Assembly (NCBI RefSeq): GCF_000247565.1
Contig: NC_016893.1
Location: forward strand, 30,001 to 62,000
Length of the DNA: 32,000 nucleotides
Direction: 5' to 3'
Source of the DNA: Wigglesworthia glossinidia endosymbiont of Glossina morsitans morsitans (Yale colony)
GTDB taxonomy: Bacteria; Pseudomonadota; Gammaproteobacteria; Enterobacterales; Enterobacteriaceae
This document shows, piece by piece, positions 19,752 through 30,368 of the stretch. A program made the position numbers and the translations under genes. The notes under the pieces are model-generated. The model was not told the DNA's origin, did not search any database, and worked only from the letters and a program-made list of their open reading frames with translations. The stretch's first letter is position 1. The number at the start of each line of letters is the position of its first letter.

Positions 19752-20498
19752 ATGGATCGTGCAATTTATACAATGATGAATGCGGCTATTTCAGAGTCTG
19801 AACGTCATAGTATTACAGCAAATAATTTATCTAATGCTTCGACATCCGGATTTCGTGCACAAATTCCAACTGCAAAATCAATTCCTATACAAGGTCCTAC
19901 GCTATCCACAAGGACCTTATCAATCGCCACTACACCAATGCACAGTAGTGCACCAGGACCTATATATTATAGCGGTAATAATTTAGACGTAGCAATTATG
20001 AATGATGGATGGTTAACAGTACAATTAAAAAATGGAACTGAAGGATATACTAAAAATGGAAACATTACAATCAACGAAGAAGGAAAATTAAAAGTCAAAA
20101 ATTATCCACTACTCAGTTCTGAAGGTAGCGAAATAGAAATACCGCCGGGTGCTTCATTAACAATTAGTAATGATGGCGTTATTTCTGTACTTGGTGCAGG
20201 AGATTCACCAAAATCAATAGTATCTATTGGAAAATTGAAATTAGTAAAAGCAAAACCAAATGAATTTTATTTAAATAATAATGGAATATTTATGACTTAT
20301 AAAAATAAAAAACTTACCGAAGATACATCAGTAAAATTAATTTCGGGTGCTTTTGAAGAGAGCAATGTTCAAACAATAGATGCTATAATAAAAATAATAA
20401 ATAATGCTAGAAATTTTGAAATTAATATGAAAATTATAAATGATATTAATGAAAATTCTCGTTTATCTAATCAAATATTATCGTTTAATCAAGCATAA
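19752..20498 (+). CDS. flgF: Flagellar proximal rod protein FlgF
   Basis: 248 aa; MDRAIYTMMNAAISESERHSITANNLSNASTSGFRAQ. Confidence 0.95.
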   Translation: MDRAIYTMMNAAISESERHSITANNLSNASTSGFRAQIPTAKSIPIQGPTLSTRTLSIATTPMHSSAPGPIYYSGNNLDVAIMNDGWLTVQLKNGTEGYTKNGNITINEEGKLKVKNYPLLSSEGSEIEIPPGASLTISNDGVISVLGAGDSPKSIVSIGKLKLVKAKPNEFYLNNNGIFMTYKNKKLTEDTSVKLISGAFEESNVQTIDAIIKIINNARNFEINMKIINDINENSRLSNQILSFNQA

Positions 20499-20507
20499 GG
20501 AAATAAA

Positions 20508-21290
20508 ATGATTCGTTCTTTAACAATTGCTAAAACTGGATTAGAAGCACAGCAAACAAATATCGATATAATTTCAAATAACATTGCTAATGTTTCTACA
20601 AACGGTTTTAAAAGACATAGAGCAATATTTGAAGATTTATTATATCAAACAATCAGACAACCAGGATCAAAATCTTCCGAACAGACAGTATTACCTTCAG
20701 GTTTACAAATAGGTACAGGAGTACGTCCGTCCGCTGCTCTTCGAATACATTTGCAAGGTGGATTAACTAATACAGGAAATGAAACAGATCTCGCTATAGA
20801 AGGTCAAGGATTTTTCCAAATATTAATGTCAGATGGAACCAATATGTACACCCGAGATGGATCATTTCAATTAGATCAATACGGCCAGTTAGTAACTTCT
20901 AACGGATATCCTATTCAACCATCTATTACAATACCTAGTGGAGCATCTAATGTATCTATTAGTAGAGACGGCATAGTAAGTGTTACCGTACCAGGTCAAA
21001 CACAACCTCAAGAAGTAGGACAAATTACACTTTCTACTTTTGCTAATATATCTGGATTAGAAAACGTAGGAGAAAATCTTTATCGAGAAACTCAATCTTC
21101 TGGATCACCTATAGATAATGCTCCTGGAATTAATGGAGCAGGATCTTTAAAACAAAAATTTGTAGAAAATTCTAATGTTAACATTGCAGAAGAATTAATT
21201 ACTATGATTCAAGCACAGCGTGCTTACGAATTAAATAGTAAAGTAATCTCCACATCTGACCAAATGTTGCAACGTTTATCTCAAATATAA
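20508..21290 (+). CDS. flgG: Flagellar distal rod protein FlgG
   Basis: 260 aa; [64 protein letters not shown]. Confidence 0.97.
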   Translation: MIRSLTIAKTGLEAQQTNIDIISNNIANVSTNGFKRHRAIFEDLLYQTIRQPGSKSSEQTVLPSGLQIGTGVRPSAALRIHLQGGLTNTGNETDLAIEGQGFFQILMSDGTNMYTRDGSFQLDQYGQLVTSNGYPIQPSITIPSGASNVSISRDGIVSVTVPGQTQPQEVGQITLSTFANISGLENVGENLYRETQSSGSPIDNAPGINGAGSLKQKFVENSNVNIAEELITMIQAQRAYELNSKVISTSDQMLQRLSQI

Positions 21291-21353
21291 TTTGTATAAA
21301 AATTTTTTAATTTTTTTTTAGTTTTTAATTTTTTTTAAGTTTAAAGGCATATA

Positions 21354-22040
21354 ATGCACGAATCACGCTATTTTACAATAGCTCTCCTAATCCTCCTAGG
21401 AGGATGTTCTACACCGCGCAATCAATCTTTAATAGAAGGATCTACAACTATCACTCCTAATCCACCATTACCTAATTTTGTGAATGGAACAATTTTTCAG
21501 CCAGAAAATAATATCAATTATGGATACCAGCCTCTTTTTGAAGATAGACGACCTCGTAATATTGGAGATATTCTGACTGTATTATTGCAGGAAAATGTCA
21601 GTGCAAGCAAAAGTACTTCAACAAATGCTAGCCGAAAAGGAAACACAAATTTAGATATTAGCGCTTTACCAAATATACTTAATGGCATTATGGGAAATAA
21701 TCGATTGACTACAGACGTTAACGGAAATAATGTTTTTAATGGAAAAGGTGGAGCTGAAGCTAACAATACATTTCATGGCACTATTACAGTAACAGTCATG
21801 GAAATTTTAACAAATGGAAATCTACGTGTTGCTGGAGAAAAAAAAATTGCAATTAATCAAGGAACAGAATCTATCCGATTTTCTGGAATTGTTAATCCAA
21901 AAACAATTGATCATAATAATCAAGTTATATCTACTTTAATTTCTGATTCTAAAATAGAATACATCGGCGATGGATACATTCATGAAGCGCAAAAAATGGG
22001 ATGGTTACAAAGATTGTTTTTAAAATATTTGCCATTTTAA
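21354..22040 (+). CDS. flgH: Flagellar L-ring lipoprotein FlgH
   Basis: 228 aa; lipobox LLGGC, FEDRRPRNIGDILTVLLQENVSASKS, EYIGDGYIHEAQKMGWLQRLF. Confidence 0.96.
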   Translation: MHESRYFTIALLILLGGCSTPRNQSLIEGSTTITPNPPLPNFVNGTIFQPENNINYGYQPLFEDRRPRNIGDILTVLLQENVSASKSTSTNASRKGNTNLDISALPNILNGIMGNNRLTTDVNGNNVFNGKGGAEANNTFHGTITVTVMEILTNGNLRVAGEKKIAINQGTESIRFSGIVNPKTIDHNNQVISTLISDSKIEYIGDGYIHEAQKMGWLQRLFLKYLPF

Positions 22041-22049
22041 GGAAAAAAT

Positions 22050-23162
22050 ATGAAACCTTTTTTAATTAAGATAACAATCTTAATTGCATATATAACTTAT
22101 ATTAATAGTAGTTATGCAGAACGTATTAGGGATCTTACTACTGTTGTAGGGATTAGAGATAATGTATTAATTGGATATGGACTTGTTGTTGGTTTAGATG
22201 GTACTGGTGATCAAACTACACAAACTCCATTTACAGTTCAAAGTCTAAGAAATATGTTATCTCAATTAGGAGTCACTGTTCCATCGGGAATTAACATGCA
22301 ACTTAAGAATATAGCTGCAGTTATGGTAACTGCAAAACTACCTCCTTTTGCAAATATTGGTCAAAAAATAGACGTCATAGTATCATCATTAGGAAGTGCG
22401 AAAAGCTTAAGAGGCGGAACACTATTGATGACTCCTTTAAAAGGAGTAGACAATCAAGTATATGCTTTTGCACAGGGAAATATTTTAATATCTGGTTTTG
22501 GAGCGCAATCAGGAGGAAATAATACACAAGTGAATCAATTAAATGGTGGTAGAATTCACGAAGGAGCAATTATAGAAAAATCAATAAAAATAGATTTTAA
22601 CAATAAAGAAACAATTACATTACAATTAAATAATAATGATTTTTCTTTAGCACAACAAATTAGTGATGCAATTAACACTTATTTTGGGAAAAAAAGTGCG
22701 TATCCGATAGATAGTAAAACTATTCAAGTTTTACTATCTCGCAACAATAAGATGGAAAAAATAGAATTTCTTGCACGTTTACAAAATATTCCAATTATGC
22801 TTGGACCTGCAGATGCTATTATAGTGATTAATTCGCGAACTGGATCTGTAGTTATTAATCGTGAAGTCGTATTAAATAACTGCGCTGTAGCTCATGGCGA
22901 ATTAACAGTAGAAATTAAAAAAACTAATAAAGTCAATCAACCTAATACAATTTTAGGTGGCGGCAATACTGTTATAACTCCAGAAACAGAAATTTTAATT
23001 AAAAATCAAGGCGATTCTTTACAAGAAATTTCTTCCAGCACAAGTTTAAATGCTGTAATTGCATCTCTTAATAGCATTGGTGCTAAGCCCAATGATTTAA
23101 TGGCTATTTTAGAATCTATGAAATCTGCTGGATGTTTAAATGCTAAAATTGAGGTAAATTAA
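22050..23162 (+). CDS. flgI: Flagellar P-ring protein FlgI
   Basis: 370 aa; signal peptide, [39 protein letters not shown]. Confidence 0.97.
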   Translation: MKPFLIKITILIAYITYINSSYAERIRDLTTVVGIRDNVLIGYGLVVGLDGTGDQTTQTPFTVQSLRNMLSQLGVTVPSGINMQLKNIAAVMVTAKLPPFANIGQKIDVIVSSLGSAKSLRGGTLLMTPLKGVDNQVYAFAQGNILISGFGAQSGGNNTQVNQLNGGRIHEGAIIEKSIKIDFNNKETITLQLNNNDFSLAQQISDAINTYFGKKSAYPIDSKTIQVLLSRNNKMEKIEFLARLQNIPIMLGPADAIIVINSRTGSVVINREVVLNNCAVAHGELTVEIKKTNKVNQPNTILGGGNTVITPETEILIKNQGDSLQEISSSTSLNAVIASLNSIGAKPNDLMAILESMKSAGCLNAKIEVN

Positions 23163-23164
23163 AA

Positions 23165-23461
23165 ATGAATCATCTTCTATCTGTAGAAAACACTAACTGT
23201 AATTTTTTGAATCAATCCGATTTAATTTATCAAAAAAATTTAAATAAACTAGAAAGCGCTTCTTCTGAACAAATGGAAAGCTTATTTGTAAATTTGATGA
23301 TAAAAAGTATGCGTTCTACACATTTAGAAAAAAATCTATTAAATAACGAACAAATTATGTTATATCAATCGATATACGATCAGATGCTATCTGATAAAAT
23401 TAGTCAAAAAAGCATAGGATTAAAAAATTTTTTTAACAAATACTTTTTCCAAAAATTATAA
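23165..23461 (+). CDS. flgJ: Flagellar rod-capping protein FlgJ, N-terminal domain only
   Basis: 98 aa; SSEQMESLFVNLMIKSMRSTHLEKNLLNNEQIMLYQSIYDQML between flgI and flgK; no muramidase domain. Confidence 0.9.
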   Translation: MNHLLSVENTNCNFLNQSDLIYQKNLNKLESASSEQMESLFVNLMIKSMRSTHLEKNLLNNEQIMLYQSIYDQMLSDKISQKSIGLKNFFNKYFFQKL

Positions 23462-23509
23462 ATATTTTTTGTATAAGAATTTTTTAAAATTATAAATATT
23501 AATAAATAT

Positions 23510-23536
23510 CAAATTTTTTATTAATTAATCCGATAA
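23510..23536 (+). promoter_or_regulatory. Candidate sigma-28 (FliA) promoter for flgKL
   Basis: CAAATTTT (23510-23517), 11 nt, TCCGATAA (23529-23536); 13 of 16 matches to TAAAGTTT-N11-GCCGATAA, 48 nt from -10 end to flgK. Confidence 0.6.
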
Positions 23537-23583
23537 TAATCATTACTATTTTATTTTAAATAAATCAAACAAAGGCTGTATAC

Positions 23584-25233
23584 ATGTTTAATCTATACCA
23601 CATCGCTGGAAATTCATTGAAATACGGCGAACTAGCATTAAGTGTTGCTGAAAACAACATATCTAATGCTAATAATACTCAATATCATCGAGAACAGTTG
23701 ATAAATACAGCTATGGAAGGCAAAAACGTTGCAAAAGGATTCATTGGAAACGGAATAGAAATTACAAATATTTCTAGAATATACGACGAAGCAAGTAACG
23801 AAAAAATTCGACATACTAACAGTGCTTTATATGCACTTTATGCTAAAAGCAATAAACTAAAAAATTTGGACAATTTTTTTAGCAATAATATCGAAAATTT
23901 TTCAAAACAGTTAGATAACGTTTTTAGTTCATTAGAATCTATTGCTCAACAACCCGACAATAATATTTATCGTACTAATATAGTGTTAGAATTTGAATCT
24001 CTTGTAAACCAATTTAATAATATAGGAAATCAATTAAATAAAATTCAATCTAATACATCCGAAGAGATTTATTCTGTTATTAATACAATTAACAATTTAT
24101 CTAGTGAATTAAAAAATATTAACTACTTAATTGCTAATTCAAATCATAATCAAGTATCTTTAAATTTATTAGATAAAAGAGATTCTCTTCTCGAAGAACT
24201 TAGTAAAAAGATAGGAATTATAGTTCATTTAAATGAAAAAGGATCAACTCATATTACTTTAGAAAATGGATTTACTTTATTAGATAATACTCAATCTTAC
24301 CCTTTAATATATGAAAAAGATAACAATCAAAATATAATTATTTCATATTTAAATGATGCAAAAACTCAGAAAGAAAAAGTACAAATTAATTTTAATACTA
24401 TTAGTTCAGGAGAAATTGGAGGTTTAATATCATTTTACAATTATAATATACCTATATTAAAAGAAAAAATTAATCAAAATATCTTTTATTTGTCTCAGGA
24501 ATTCAATAAAATAAATCGAGAAGGATATGATTTAAATCGAAATAAAGGAAAAGATATATTTTCATATCAACAATTGAATTCAGTACAAAGCAAATTTAAT
24601 ACTGGAAATGCGAAAATTTCTAACCTAGATATAAAAGACTCTAATATTTCTGCTTTAAGATACAACTTACTATATCAATCTGATCACTGGGTTATATTTA
24701 AACTCGTTAACGGAAAAGAAACGAAGGTTAATTATGAAACAGATCAAAAAAATCTTAAAAATGAAATTCTTTTTGACAATATTTCTGTACATTTAGATGG
24801 CATTCCAAACAATGGCGATCAATTTCAAATTAGTTCTCTTATGAATATTTCAGATAGTATTAAATTAAATTTAAATGATGGAAATTTATTATCTGCTTCA
24901 GATAATAATCTCAGTTACAATAATAATGTTAATGCTTTAAAACTTTTAGAAATTCAAAATATAAAATTATTTAATAATTCAACTTTTACAGAAAACTACG
25001 CTGATTTTATGTCTTATATAGGCCAAATCACTAAAAAAATACAAAATGTAAAAGATTCTCAAGAAAAAATTAACAATCAATTACATTTGGAACACGAAAA
25101 TAAGATTGGAATTAACTTGCAAGAAGAATATATTTATATAGAATTATATCGCCAATATTATTACGCTAATATTCAATTAATTAAAATCGCTTCTTCTCTA
25201 TTCGAATCTTTATTAGGAATAGTAAGTAAATAG
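23584..25233 (+). CDS. flgK: Flagellar hook-filament junction protein FlgK
   Basis: 549 aa; LSVAENNISNANNTQYHREQL, FNNIGNQLN; between flgJ and flgL. Confidence 0.94.
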   Translation: MFNLYHIAGNSLKYGELALSVAENNISNANNTQYHREQLINTAMEGKNVAKGFIGNGIEITNISRIYDEASNEKIRHTNSALYALYAKSNKLKNLDNFFSNNIENFSKQLDNVFSSLESIAQQPDNNIYRTNIVLEFESLVNQFNNIGNQLNKIQSNTSEEIYSVINTINNLSSELKNINYLIANSNHNQVSLNLLDKRDSLLEELSKKIGIIVHLNEKGSTHITLENGFTLLDNTQSYPLIYEKDNNQNIIISYLNDAKTQKEKVQINFNTISSGEIGGLISFYNYNIPILKEKINQNIFYLSQEFNKINREGYDLNRNKGKDIFSYQQLNSVQSKFNTGNAKISNLDIKDSNISALRYNLLYQSDHWVIFKLVNGKETKVNYETDQKNLKNEILFDNISVHLDGIPNNGDQFQISSLMNISDSIKLNLNDGNLLSASDNNLSYNNNVNALKLLEIQNIKLFNNSTFTENYADFMSYIGQITKKIQNVKDSQEKINNQLHLEHENKIGINLQEEYIYIELYRQYYYANIQLIKIASSLFESLLGIVSK

Positions 25234-25279
25234 TTAATTGATTTAAGTTCTTTAAAGTATTAATTTAGAGGAAAATTCA

Positions 25280-26221
25280 ATGACTTTAAGCACGTATTCT
25301 TTATATAAAAATTGCTCAAATAACATTACATATTCTACATCTCAGTTTCATAGACTGACATCTTATTTTAATTCGGGAAAACGCGTATGCAATGCTTCAG
25401 ATAATCCTAGTGCTATATCAAAAAATATAATAAATCAAAATAGATTATATAAATTAAATAGATTTAATCAAACTCGAAACTACATAAAATCTTTCTTATC
25501 TAAAGAATGTAGTATATTACAAGATATTAGTAATACTTTAAGCGTTATAGGAGTAAAAGTTGTTAGTATTCAAAAAACTTTAGGAGATCCTACAATTTTA
25601 ATTGAAGAATTAAAAAGCTTAAAAAATGAACTTATTATGCTTGCCAATAGCACAGATGAAAATCAAAATTATATTTTTTCTGGAGATCAATGTAATCAAG
25701 CACCTTTTAATAGTAATAATCAAGAAAATTATCAAGGCGGAGAAAAATGCTTACAATTAAAAATTTCTGAAAATTGGCAAATAGATATAGGACATATAGG
25801 CAGCGAAATATTCATAAAAAATGAAAAAGAAAATTTATTTCAAAAATTAGATGCTTTAATCAATGAATTATCACAATATGCATTAAAAAAAATAAAAAAT
25901 GAAAAATCTCAAGAAATTAATATAGAATTACCGTATGATTTGATAAATCAAACAAAAATATTAATTCAAAAAACTGAAAATCAGGTATTTTCTGCTCAAG
26001 TAAAATCTGGTAATTATTTAACAAAATTAGATGACTTAGAAAAGTCTGCAACATCAGATATAGAAAAAATAAATGAATATACGCAAAATATTCTAGGTCA
26101 AACACATAACGAACTAATTCGTATGGCTTCCGAATTACAATTTTCTAAAGTAATTGTAGAATCTTCTATGCAAGTTTTTCAAATTATGAAAAATATGTCT
26201 TTGTTTAATGGAGTGATATAA
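25280..26221 (+). CDS. flgL: Flagellar hook-filament junction protein FlgL
   Basis: 313 aa; FNSGKRVCNASDNPSAISKNI, YIFSGDQ; flagellin-like ends. Confidence 0.93.
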   Translation: MTLSTYSLYKNCSNNITYSTSQFHRLTSYFNSGKRVCNASDNPSAISKNIINQNRLYKLNRFNQTRNYIKSFLSKECSILQDISNTLSVIGVKVVSIQKTLGDPTILIEELKSLKNELIMLANSTDENQNYIFSGDQCNQAPFNSNNQENYQGGEKCLQLKISENWQIDIGHIGSEIFIKNEKENLFQKLDALINELSQYALKKIKNEKSQEINIELPYDLINQTKILIQKTENQVFSAQVKSGNYLTKLDDLEKSATSDIEKINEYTQNILGQTHNELIRMASELQFSKVIVESSMQVFQIMKNMSLFNGVI

Positions 26222-26238
26222 ATTAAAAATTTATTTAA

Positions 26239-27015
26239 TTAATAAATCAAGTTTTCAGTGATATATCGGAAAACATCTTCAATGACTTTTTTAGAAAAAT
26301 TTTCAAAATTAGACAAAATAAAATTTAAAGATAATAATCCGAGCACTAAAGTAAAAGAAAAACCAATAACAAAAATTGAAAATTGAGGGTTAAATCTATT
26401 TAAAACTCCAAGCAATATATTTAAAATTAATAAAGCAGTAATTGAAGGTATTGCAAGTAGCAAGCCATAATTAAATATTATACCGGAATAATTAATAATA
26501 GAAAAAAATATTTCGTTTCCGAAATTAAAATGCATATTGATTGGAATCAACTTAAAACTTATAAAAATAATATGAAATATTATCAAATGAGCATTAAATG
26601 ACAAAAAAATTAATGCCAACATAATATACAAGAATCTTGAAATTATTGGAGTATTTGGACCACTTATTTGATCAAAAAATACAGCAAAAGATAAACTCAT
26701 CTGTAATCCAATTAGTTCTCCAGCAAATTTAACACTACAAAAAGAAAATTGCAGAATTAATCCTATTAAAAATCCAATAATAATTTGTACAATTAAAAGA
26801 TATATTCCTTCAAAAGAAAAAAATTTAATATTAATTAATGGAAATTGATAAGCAAAAACTAAAGATAATAAAATTGAAATTCCAATTTTAATTTTTTTCT
26901 GTATGATATTTTCACTAAACAATGGAGCGCTGATAAATAACCCATTTATACGTGCTACATACCAAATAACTTGATGAATTAAATCAAAAAAGAAATTTGT
27001 TGAAATATCAATCAT
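26239..27015 (-). CDS. fliR: Flagellar type III export protein FliR
   Basis: 258 aa; ARINGLFISAPLFSENIIQKKIKIGISILLSLVFA, GELIGLQMSLSFAVFFDQISG. Confidence 0.94.
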   Translation of the reverse strand: MIDISTNFFFDLIHQVIWYVARINGLFISAPLFSENIIQKKIKIGISILLSLVFAYQFPLINIKFFSFEGIYLLIVQIIIGFLIGLILQFSFCSVKFAGELIGLQMSLSFAVFFDQISGPNTPIISRFLYIMLALIFLSFNAHLIIFHIIFISFKLIPINMHFNFGNEIFFSIINYSGIIFNYGLLLAIPSITALLILNILLGVLNRFNPQFSIFVIGFSFTLVLGLLSLNFILSNFENFSKKVIEDVFRYITENLIY

Positions 27016-27019
27016 ACAT

Positions 27020-27289
27020 TCATCCCGATAAATACGGCAATTGATTAAATAAGTTAATCATGTACTCTAAGAATGTGCGTAGCATCCAAGATCCAAAAAT
27101 TAGAATTATTACTAAAACTGCTAATATTTTAGGGATAAATGATAATGTCATTTCATTAATTTGCGTAGAAGCTTGAAATATACTGATAATTAATCCAGTA
27201 ATCATTGCAGCAAATAAAGGTAAAAAAGAAATTTTTAATGCAATTTTAATTGCATTTAATCCGATTAATACTACCGATTCTGATGTCAT
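27020..27289 (-). CDS. fliQ: Flagellar type III export protein FliQ
   Basis: 89 aa; two membrane helices, GLIISIFQASTQINEMTLSFIPKILAVL. Confidence 0.95.
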   Translation of the reverse strand: MTSESVVLIGLNAIKIALKISFLPLFAAMITGLIISIFQASTQINEMTLSFIPKILAVLVIILIFGSWMLRTFLEYMINLFNQLPYLSG

Positions 27290-27299
27290 AATATATGTT

Positions 27300-28109
27300 T
27301 CAATTTAACTGAAAGCTTTTTACTAAAGAACCTAATAATATTTGCCATCCATCTGCCATAACAAACAGCATTAATTTAAATGGAAGTGATATTGTTGTTG
27401 GTGGCAACATCATCATACCTAATGCCATTAGAATGCTTGCAACAACAATATCAATAATTAAAAAAGGAACAAACAACGTAAATCCAATTTGAAAAGCAGT
27501 TTTTAATTCGCTAGTAACAAAAGCAGGTAATAAAATTTTCATAGGAACTTGATTAGCATCTTGTATCTCAATCGTACTAATTTTAGAATAAAATGCTAAG
27601 TCTGTTTCTCTAGTCTGAGATAACATAAATTTTTTAATAGGTTTTTCTGCATAAGATATTGCATCTGGAAATGTAATCTTATTTTGTAAGAATGGCTGAT
27701 ATGCGCTACTGTAAATCTGTTCTATTATCGGAGACATAATAAAAAAAGTTAAACATAACGATAATCCTATAAGAATTTGATTCGGCGGTACAGTAGGTGT
27801 ACCAAGAGCATTTCTAAGAATGCTAAGTACAATAATAATTCGAGTAAATCCTGACATTAACAATATTAAAGCAGGAATAAAAGTTAAAAAAGTTAAAAAA
27901 ATTAGTGTTTGAACTGGTAAAGATAGTTTAAGATTTTCTAAATTTTTTACAGAATCATTTACGTTATCTAAATTTGCAGCATAAGTTGTACTTGATAAAC
28001 AAAAAAATACAAGCACTGAAATAAAAACAATTTTTTTTAGAAAAATTTTTATATAAAATATGGATTTTTCGAAAACTATAATATGCATATTTTTATTTCT
28101 TTTTTGCAT
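27300..28109 (-). CDS. fliP: Flagellar type III export protein FliP
   Basis: [52 protein letters not shown]. The ATG at 28109 ([11 protein letters not shown]) has AAGGA 5 nt upstream; the supplied 28217 start would extend 108 nt into fliO. Confidence 0.93.
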   Translation of the reverse strand: MQKRNKNMHIIVFEKSIFYIKIFLKKIVFISVLVFFCLSSTTYAANLDNVNDSVKNLENLKLSLPVQTLIFLTFLTFIPALILLMSGFTRIIIVLSILRNALGTPTVPPNQILIGLSLCLTFFIMSPIIEQIYSSAYQPFLQNKITFPDAISYAEKPIKKFMLSQTRETDLAFYSKISTIEIQDANQVPMKILLPAFVTSELKTAFQIGFTLFVPFLIIDIVVASILMALGMMMLPPTTISLPFKLMLFVMADGWQILLGSLVKSFQLN

Positions 28110-28434
28110 TACAATCCTTAAAAAAATTTTTAGATTTATTATTAAATTGATGATTATTTTTGTTAGAAATAGTATATAAATAATTAATACAATTTGGTGT
28201 AACCCCAAGAACAACACAATCTTTTTCTATTTGTAGAACAATAACTTTTTCTCGATTTCCTAAAGATATGCTATTTTTTATTTTAATAAGTGGTATTTTT
28301 TTATTGTATATTTTTGCCCATTGTAAATAGACTAATAATTTAAATATTGAAAATATTAGCAATATAATAAAAATTAGTACAATAGCAATTTTTAAAAATT
28401 CAGGAAAACTTGATAAAAAAATATGTTTTATCAT
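28093..28434 (-). CDS. fliO: Flagellar biosynthesis protein FliO
   Basis: 113 aa; single N-terminal membrane helix, [36 protein letters not shown]; position between fliN and fliP. Confidence 0.88.
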   Translation of the reverse strand: MIKHIFLSSFPEFLKIAIVLIFIILLIFSIFKLLVYLQWAKIYNKKIPLIKIKNSISLGNREKVIVLQIEKDCVVLGVTPNCINYLYTISNKNNHQFNNKSKNFFKDCNAKKK

Positions 28435-28850
28435 CTATTTAACCGACGTATACGTTCCTCTGGAGTGATAATATCCGAAATACGAATGCCGTATTTTTCT
28501 TGCATAACTACTACTTCTCCTCGAGCAATCAAATAATTATTGATCAAAATATCTAAAGGTTCTCCGACGACTCCATCTAAAGTAACAATAGCATCTTTTT
28601 TCAAATATAGCAGATCTCTAATAGTCATGCGTTTTCTACCGAGTTCAATAGTCATTTTTATCGGAATATCTAAAATTAAATTAAGATTATTTTCTTCTAC
28701 ATCATAATTTTCAAAAATATTTTCAGATGCTACAATTTTATTATCACTCGGATTTTCTGACGTTTCTTTTTGATTTAAAACGCTATCTGTTGATTTCTTT
28801 TCATTTATTTTTGTATCATCTGATTTTAGTTCTTTATTTATGTTATTCAT
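28431..28850 (-). CDS. fliN: Flagellar motor switch protein FliN
   Basis: 139 aa; LDIPIKMTIELGRKRMTIRDLLYLKKDAIVTLDGVVGEPLDILINNYLIARGEVVVMQEKYGIRISDII. Confidence 0.97.
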   Translation of the reverse strand: MNNINKELKSDDTKINEKKSTDSVLNQKETSENPSDNKIVASENIFENYDVEENNLNLILDIPIKMTIELGRKRMTIRDLLYLKKDAIVTLDGVVGEPLDILINNYLIARGEVVVMQEKYGIRISDIITPEERIRRLNR

Positions 28851-29815
28851 TATTCGGTACTTCCTTGTTTTTTTAACTCATTAATAGATGAGTGAATGGT
28901 ATTATCAATCTTTAATGCATAATATCCATTTAAACTTCCATAATAGCCAGAAAAAACAGGTACACAGTCAACATATGCTGTAAGTTTTTCTGAGCAAGAA
29001 AAAGGAATAATTTCGCCTTTTTTTAATTTTATTAGATTAGCAATAGATATTGCAACTTCTGAAAAACGTACTTGAATATTTAATTCGCTAGATTGTATTT
29101 CATTTGATAATTTTTTTTTCCACTTAATTTCTGAATTTTTTGATATTTTTGATAATTTTTTATTATTAAAATTATCAGATATCTCTAATGCATATGAAGA
29201 AAAAATAATAAAAAAATTATTTTCTATATTCTTATATGTAAATTTAAATGAGGAAATTAACATATCTTCTTCGTTTTCAAATTCAATAATTTTTATGCAT
29301 GTATCTGAACTGATAAAATTTATATCTATAGAATAATGACTAGTCTCCCAAGATTTTTGGTATGATTTTATCATTAAATTGATTAAAGTTTGAATTATTC
29401 GATTTTCTGATATAGTAAATTTTTTAATTTCTTTTACAGATATATTATTTCCGGATCCTCCAAAAAAAATCTCTAAAACAATAGAAATAAATATAGGATC
29501 TAAAATTAATATAATATTTGCTTTTAATGCATTACTATATGTTATATTTAAACTAATTAGTTTTTTAAATTGTTTTATAAAACTGCAATATTTTTGTATG
29601 TCTGTTTTATTTAGAGTGATTTCTACTGACTTTTTTATATAATTTGACAGCATGCTTTTAAAATATCCTGAAAATTTTTGATTAATTTTTTGTAAAATTT
29701 CTACTTTTAATTGATTTTTTTTATCTAATTTATTTATATTAAGAGAAAAATTTTTATGTAAATTTAAAAAGCTATCATTTTTTTTGTTATCAATATTAAA
29801 CTGTTGATCGGACAT
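28850..29815 (-). CDS. fliM: Flagellar motor switch protein FliM (divergent, no CheY-binding motif)
   Basis: 321 aa; FISIVLEIFFGGSGN, LNIQVRFSEVAISIANLIKLKKGEIIPF, VPVFSGYYGSLNGYYALKI; overlaps fliN by 1 nt. Confidence 0.93.
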   Translation of the reverse strand: MSDQQFNIDNKKNDSFLNLHKNFSLNINKLDKKNQLKVEILQKINQKFSGYFKSMLSNYIKKSVEITLNKTDIQKYCSFIKQFKKLISLNITYSNALKANIILILDPIFISIVLEIFFGGSGNNISVKEIKKFTISENRIIQTLINLMIKSYQKSWETSHYSIDINFISSDTCIKIIEFENEEDMLISSFKFTYKNIENNFFIIFSSYALEISDNFNNKKLSKISKNSEIKWKKKLSNEIQSSELNIQVRFSEVAISIANLIKLKKGEIIPFSCSEKLTAYVDCVPVFSGYYGSLNGYYALKIDNTIHSSINELKKQGSTE

Positions 29816-29822
29816 AATTATA

Positions 29823-30314
29823 TTACCTTATAATGAACGAATTAAAAAAAACGTCGTTAACTATTGGAATTTGATTGTCAGAAGATTGCTTGTTAAGTTC
29901 TTTTTTAATTTCTTTTAATAAGTTGTTTTTTCCATCTGAAGAAGATAAAGATGAAGGGGTTTGTTGAGATAATAACAAAATTAATTGATTGCGTAATTCT
30001 GGAAGTTTACTTTCTAATAGTTCTTTTACAGATTCGTTTTTCAATTTTAATGTTAATCCGATATATAACATACTTCCGTATTCGCCGTCTTCTGGTTGTA
30101 AACTTACAGTAAATGCATCTAAAGGGAAGTATATTTGAGCAGAAGAACTTTCTACAGGAACATTTTCTGCAGCTTGAGATAAAAGAGGTATATCATTTTT
30201 GTTTTTTATCCAAGGTTGAAAGTATATAACTCCTAAAATAATTGAAATGATTGCTCCAATAAGCATTGCAATAACTATTGGACGTTTAAAAAAATTAAAT
30301 TTCATAATTGCCAC
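29823..30314 (-). CDS. fliL: Flagellar basal body-associated protein FliL (GTG start)
   Basis: 163 aa; one TM helix, YFPLDAFTVSLQPEDGEYGSMLYIGLTLKLK; between fliM and fliK. Confidence 0.92.
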   Translation of the reverse strand: MAIMKFNFFKRPIVIAMLIGAIISIILGVIYFQPWIKNKNDIPLLSQAAENVPVESSSAQIYFPLDAFTVSLQPEDGEYGSMLYIGLTLKLKNESVKELLESKLPELRNQLILLLSQQTPSSLSSSDGKNNLLKEIKKELNKQSSDNQIPIVNDVFFNSFIIR

Positions 30315-30368
30315 TTTTAATTTCCTGTATTTATTTAATACGATATTATATTTTGAATCATACTGAAA

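Noticed and set aside
21518-22569. Minus-strand ORFs 21518-21766 and 22375-22569
   Set aside because: Antisense to flgH and flgI, which are clearly conserved on the plus strand.
21291-23485. Similar strings tttgtataaaaatttttta (after flgG) and tttgtataagaatttttta (after flgJ)
   Set aside because: Low-complexity A/T sequence, only two copies, most likely coincidental.
26251-26274. GTTTTC-N12-GAAAAC inverted repeat near the flgL/fliR convergent ends
   Set aside because: Six-bp stem with a 12-nt loop inside the fliR coding sequence; could be a terminator but is not distinguishable from chance.
28110-28217. 36-aa N-terminal extension of FliP in the supplied ORF
   Set aside because: It overlaps the fliO coding sequence by over 100 nt; the ATG at 28109 has a good Shine-Dalgarno and gives a normal-looking signal sequence.
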